This document shows positions 56,200 to 64,000 of a stretch of 64,000 nucleotides of DNA, in pieces. The translations under genes were made by a program, and so were the position numbers. The notes under the pieces were generated by a model that saw only the letters and a list, made by a program, of their open reading frames with translations, did not search any database and had not been told where the DNA came from. Source of the DNA: Eledone cirrhosa (Eukaryota); contig OZ024742.1 of NCBI GenBank assembly GCA_964016885.1, forward strand, positions 110,050,001 to 110,114,000, read 5' to 3'. The stretch's first letter is position 1. Every line of letters starts with the position of its first letter.

Positions 56200-56815
56200 C
56201 TTGGCATTCGGAAATTTGTCAGCCACACTCAGTTCTTTACTAGTCGGGCAATGCTAACAATAATCTACAGGGAATTAACGGTAGACAAGAATCAACAGGT
56301 GTCAAAGAATATCAACAGAGCAGTTGGATGTCTATGGAAAACGTACAGAAATCAGAGTTATCCAGTTGAGAAGGTATTGCCAATTCAGGATAAAATCAAT
56401 AGGCAGGGTAGATCGAGATGCGCGGAAAAGAAGGCAACAGTTCTGCACGTATTCTTTTCGTGTCAAAGCATTTCTGATTTGTGCGGTATCTCAAACAACT
56501 TTTGTTGCATGCAGAAAGGATTCAGCTATCAGCCAAAATAACATGGCATTGTGTTCCTCTGGTCGAAAAGGGCAAGCAGTTTTCCCTTAACTGGCAGTTA
56601 TGATGAAAGACGCTGTATGGTGCTTAAGATTAGGAGGACTGAGTACAGGCAATTTAGTCTTCGGTCCAAACCTACTCAACGTCTTCCATTACCAAAGAAG
56701 AAAGCGAGGATGACGTGGGAGGGATTACGGTACATAAAAATACTGAAAGTGAGCGAAAGTGTTGAGTGTGGTCCGAGTGGACGGGCTTACTCTAACATGT
56801 ATCTGTCGAACTAAG
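56200..56815 (+). mobile_element. Old Tx1-like LINE 3' relic
   Basis: Residual similarity to the ORF2 end (LPIQDK, gggcaagcagtttt, gtccgagtggacggg). Confidence 0.6.
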
Positions 56816-56859
56816 GCCATAGCTGGGAGAGGGTACTTGTTCTTGATAGTAAATATCCC

Positions 56860-59450
56860 AGATCATATGGCCAGGTCGTTGTTATGTACCATGTTTATAT
56901 CACTTTTCCACCATTTTTATATCGAAGCTTTTGATATTGTCCAATGGATATAGCTGCCAACTTGATCGTGTCTATGTACATATTCAGACTCGTTATGACT
57001 GGGTAGCTTAAGATGATGTGGACAACTGTCTCGTTGTACTGGCTGCACATTCTGCATTTTGTTTTAGGATCCATCTTCGTTATTTTATCCTTATAATTAT
57101 TTGTGGCCAGAAATTGATCTTGTGCTGAGAGAATCTCCCCTTCCGTTTCTGCTTTAGTCCAGAACTGAGTCATTGTTGACATTCACTTTGACGTACTTTT
57201 TTACTGTTGAACCTTGCGGGGTATTGGCCGTGGAGTGGTAATTGTGTTTATGATTGTGACCCAATTCTCTAATTTCAGTGTCAATGTCTAGTGTAATGTT
57301 GTTAATGCTAGTTAATTTTCCTTTTCTTTGAGTGGCTTTAGTATATTTGTCAAATTCCATACTGATCGTAATGTCTTTGTTGAAGCTATGGAGTTTCCAA
57401 TTCGGTGTTATTCCTTGTAGAGATGTTTATGTTGTCCATATACAGAATATGATTCATATTTTGTCCATAGCGTCATTATCCCGTAGTGGTTTCACTCATC
57501 AAGGTTGTTAGTGAGGTCAGAGCAAGCAAAAAAGTAGGCCAGATGATGAGGCCTCTTGGAAAATTTCTCTTTTCATGAGCCTAGATTTGATTCTGATGGA
57601 CTTTTCCATTTGTTTCAAATTTATGATGGTTTTTCAGTGTGTCAATGGCATGACTGATGTACTCGAGCAATATTGAAGCTACTTTATTAATGTGGATTGG
57701 CTCATCCATGACAGTGGTTTGTTATCGAAAGCCTTCTGGTAATCGATCCAGGCAATCCTGAGTTTTGTTTTCCTCTTTCTACAATCTTTTATAATGACCT
57801 GATTCAGTAGCAGCTACTCTTTACAGCCATATACTCATTTCTGATACCCTTTCTCTTCTTCTCTCATTGATGTGAGGCTTTTGTATATTGTTGGTAAGCA
57901 TGTTATAAGCCTATAGTTATGTCGGTGAATGGTGTTTTTGTTTTGAAGGACTGTAGTGCTTTTCCACCTCCAGCATCCACCCAGGTCATGTATCTGTGGA
58001 TACTGGTGAGGTGTTTCAGCCAGAATTTGAAGACCGTGTCTACACCTGGTGTTTGCCAGGTGATATCAGTTCTTAACGTATCAATGGTTTCCTCGCTGGT
58101 GAATGCGGGCCATGTTCGTTGTGTTAACATGTTTTTTCTTCCTTTTCATTTCTCATCCATTATGCAATTTTGTTGTGTTGGAATTCTCTGCTCCATATTT
58201 CCTACCTCTATGTTTGAATTTCTGTTCGTATGTTTTGTATTATTATGATTTTTTGTTATTGTTGATGTAGAATCTTTTGGTATTTACCTGAAATTCTTTA
58301 TTTTCTTGGAAGGAGTGCTGGCGTTTTTTATAAGGCTAATGCAACAACCTTTTACTGTTAGTCTCTGTTAGATTTTTTTTGTCCACAAAGTAAGTATAGG
58401 TATTTCCTTTGTTTTTAATTTTGTATTCTATATTTTCTTTCCATTTTGGGGTTTTCGGTTTGGCTGTTTTTTCCCCCTGTTATGGTCAAGTCGATTTACT
58501 CATGATATAACTACTGCCACTGAATAGCTCAGGTCATTCAGTATGTTGGTATTTAAGCAGAATGTTGTCATGATAATAAATTCTTGATTCTATTTATTTA
58601 TTATTTCATAGATCTATTTATTCCTCTTTAGTTTGGGGAAGTATTTACGCCGATTCTTGTTTATTGATTTTGTCATGTTCTCTTCTTCTTCCACTTTCTT
58701 TATGCTTCAGGCAGTTCAACTTCAATATTGATTCGGCTCGACCTGTCATGATGTGTGTATTTTATTCTCTTTGTTATTAAATGCGGGGTTGAGAATATAT
58801 TCATGTTGTACCTGTGTATTTCTGTGGTCTTTGTCCATTTGTGTTCCGGCGTTTCTTCTCTGTGTGTTTTTGATTTGCTCTACTGTACTGTTTGTTTCTT
58901 ACATAGGATTAATTTCTCTTTGATTTGGGTTCTCACTTATTGTATGAGTGATTACCGCTGTTGTGTTCCTCACCTTTCTGGTTTTTTTTTGTATTTTGGG
59001 AAAGGTAGGATCTATTGTGTTATTTTCGCTTTTTTGGCATCTCATTGTTTTGCATGGTTAGTTATTTCTTTTTTAGTGTGGTGTGTAATCTGTCTATTAC
59101 GTTTGTCTATATCTATTTTGGGGAGTCTAGCTTTCCTAGAATAAATATTCAAATGTTTCTTAGTCTGTTTGTTGTTACATTTTCCCTTATGGCGTTGTTT
59201 TTCCTCATGGTCTCTTTCATGATGCTTGTGTATTTTGGATACAGTGTTGCTGTGTATATAATGTACATAATACTTCAATGCAGTTCCCGTTTTTCCAACA
59301 TTATCTAATTTAATTTTGTTTTTCTCTTAGACGTTGATATTAAGACAGTCCTGTCTGTTTAGTTGAGACTTTATTGAGAGAACACTGCCTGTGAATTCCG
59401 TGTTAGGAGATTATTTATATTTTCCTAAAGTGACCGCATGAGACCCGTAG
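56860..59450 (-). mobile_element. Old R4/Dong-clade LINE relic
   Basis: WQTPGVDTVFKFWLKHL, RIAWIDYQKAFD, KAETEGEILSAQDQ and KCRMCSQYNETVVH in broken frames; upstream boundary uncertain. Confidence 0.75.
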
Positions 59451-59559
59451 AAGGAAACCCGCTTCTATTTTTTGTTGATAGATTTTTCCTCGGGCATGTT
59501 TTCGTTCCGGTTTATTTTGTTCGTGCTTCTAAGTTTGATTCTTTTGTGTCGTTTGATTC

Positions 59560-59560
<1 letters not shown>

Positions 59561-59598
<38 letters not shown>

Positions 59599-59600
59599 CG

Positions 59601-59672
<72 letters not shown>

Positions 59673-59710
59673 TGTGTGTGTCTGTGTGTGTCTGTGTGTG
59701 TCTGTGTGAG
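59561..59710. repeat. (GT)n microsatellite; a (CA)n tract also lies at 60293-60407
   Basis: Read directly. Confidence 0.95.
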
Positions 59711-60079
59711 TGCGCTTGTGTGTTGTATAAACATTAAATTGTATTCGCAATTGTATAAACATTAAAATGTATACATAACTGAGTAAACATTAAAATCTAT
59801 ACGTATTTAACCTTTCCTACTTATTGTTTTTGTTTGCTTCATAATTCCTAGTGTCGATTTCATGATTTCATTTTCGCATATGTTGAATGAATGAATGTCT
59901 TGTTGAAAATATTTTGTCTTAGGAGACATGTTTTGCATAAGAAGAAAAGTCTTTCGATTTTCTATGTTGATTTTCGTTAAAAATATATTTTCTTCCATTT
60001 CCTTGCAAAGTCTTATTTCGATTCGGGCGATGTTATTAGATTTAGTCTATGACATATAGAAAGCTCGTCAAAGCAAGTT

Positions 60080-62480
<2,401 letters not shown>

Positions 62481-62726
62481 TAGTACAATAACAGTTGAAT
62501 GGTGGTTCCTCAATTAGCCTCAGACATTCAGCTCTCTGTACTAGGAGCGCTGAATGTTATACTATCTATATTATACCATCTATACCCAATTTTATTACTA
62601 TGTATACTTGTTACTCATTTTATTCTCATTTCTATGTAAACCCCTACGTTCATGTTGTAATTTGTCTTTGTAATGTCTTCTTCATCGGATGCCCTTTAGT
62701 CACATAAAAGAAATAACAACCACCAC

Positions 62727-62786
<60 letters not shown>

Positions 62787-63524
62787 TACTATTATAATTA
62801 TTATTATTATTGAAACCATTATTCCTTATGTTGCCATCATCATACAGTTGAAGTATGTGTTTATTTCCAATGTATGTTATTACCCTGTCCATGTAACGTA
62901 TTTCCAAACAAACACAATTGAAGCTAAGCTTTTGTAATGTCATTCAAGGAGAAGAAAAGAAACAAAGAATGGCACGATGAAGCGTCCGTTTATAATACAT
63001 CCCAGTGGAAGAGGAAATAATCCTTCCAAAATAGAAAATATATTAAAGAATGATGTAAAATTATCACAATAGAACCTCTAACATAATAAAACAAACTAAA
63101 TCCCGAAAGGAATGGAATAAAAATAAAAATAAAAATAAGAAGCTGAACTTCATTGCTTATTATACTGCAGCATTCATCTCCAGAGAACTGGCATTTCTTC
63201 TATAAACATACAATCAGAAGCTTAAATAAGAGATGAACAAAGTATTAAAGATCTACAATGTATTAAAAATGGTATGAAAACCTTTAAGGCTTTTAAGAAC
63301 TAAGGAAACAGTTGCTATTCAGTGTATAACAAAAAAGAAAACAATATATGTCGGTCTGCGAATAAACAAATTAACAAACCAAAAGCCATAAAATCTTTAA
63401 AAAGTATAATTGAAGAGTTTAGAGAGAACATTTAAGTGTGTATCTGAAGTAAAGTGTGTTATGCGGATGAAATATGAATCGACTGTTTGGATAGTTAAGT
63501 CAGGCCGTTGCTAGTAAGATTTAT

Positions 63525-63880
63525 CATTGTAGCTGAAATGAATTGATTTGAACGAAGCTTAGTTGATTTAGGACTGTGGTATTTGAACTGGACTTACCTA
63601 GATGATTTAGGCCTTGTTAAACTCCGGCAGTGTAGTTGAACGGAGTTGAGCTAATGAAGTGAATTTAGTGGAATTGCACTGAATTAAACTAGTTGATCTA
63701 AGACAATGTAATTGAATATTTTTTAGATAGGAGGGTAGTTTAACTAAAACTAATTGAACTGAGGTATTCTAGCAATCTAGTTGAAGCGAGCTGAGCTAAA
63801 TGTACCAGGCAATGTACTTAAACTGAATTGCAGTGAGTTGAATTAACTTAACTGGGGTTAAAGTAAAGTCTGAAATGTGA
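63525..63880 (+). repeat. Degenerate short-period repeat (gaattgaact/tagttga-like)
   Basis: Recurrent tagttga, ttgaact and tgagctaa words. Confidence 0.45.
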
Positions 63881-64000
63881 AGCTATGGTGGATATTCTGC
63901 ATCGGTAACAATTAATTCATACGGAAGTTTATAAGAAGATTTATGGACCCGTAACTCCTGATGGAGTTGTAAAAACGCCGTAGTGCCATACAGCGTGTCT

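Overview
Eukaryotic, repeat-saturated window with no recognisable intact host gene. The SINE families, (TA)n/(CA)n/(TTA)n microsatellites and LINE complement suggest a mollusc, probably a coleoid cephalopod such as octopus (inference). From left to right: decayed RTE and mariner relics plus a MITE (0.5-3.6 kb); a young ~5.9-kb Penelope-like (PLE) composite with ~130-bp direct terminal repeats enclosing ~1.17-kb near-identical inverted repeats and two different PLE reverse transcriptases (3.75-9.68 kb); an ~11-kb, almost C-free GT-rich array complex (10.8-22 kb) interrupted by a Merlin/IS1595-type DNA transposon whose inverted repeats include the end of its own transposase; several copies of a Tx1/L1-clade LINE, one apparently intact (45.5-51.6 kb), chained with an R4/Dong-type LINE through shared (TTA)n tracts; a CRE-clade LINE relic; RTE fragments; at least three convincing minimal hammerhead-ribozyme motifs plus degenerate ones; a 206-bp spacerless palindrome; and a frameshifted histone H4 pseudogene missed by the ORF track. 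All calls come from reading the sequence and recalling family motifs; no database search or alignment program was run, so boundaries of old relics are approximate.
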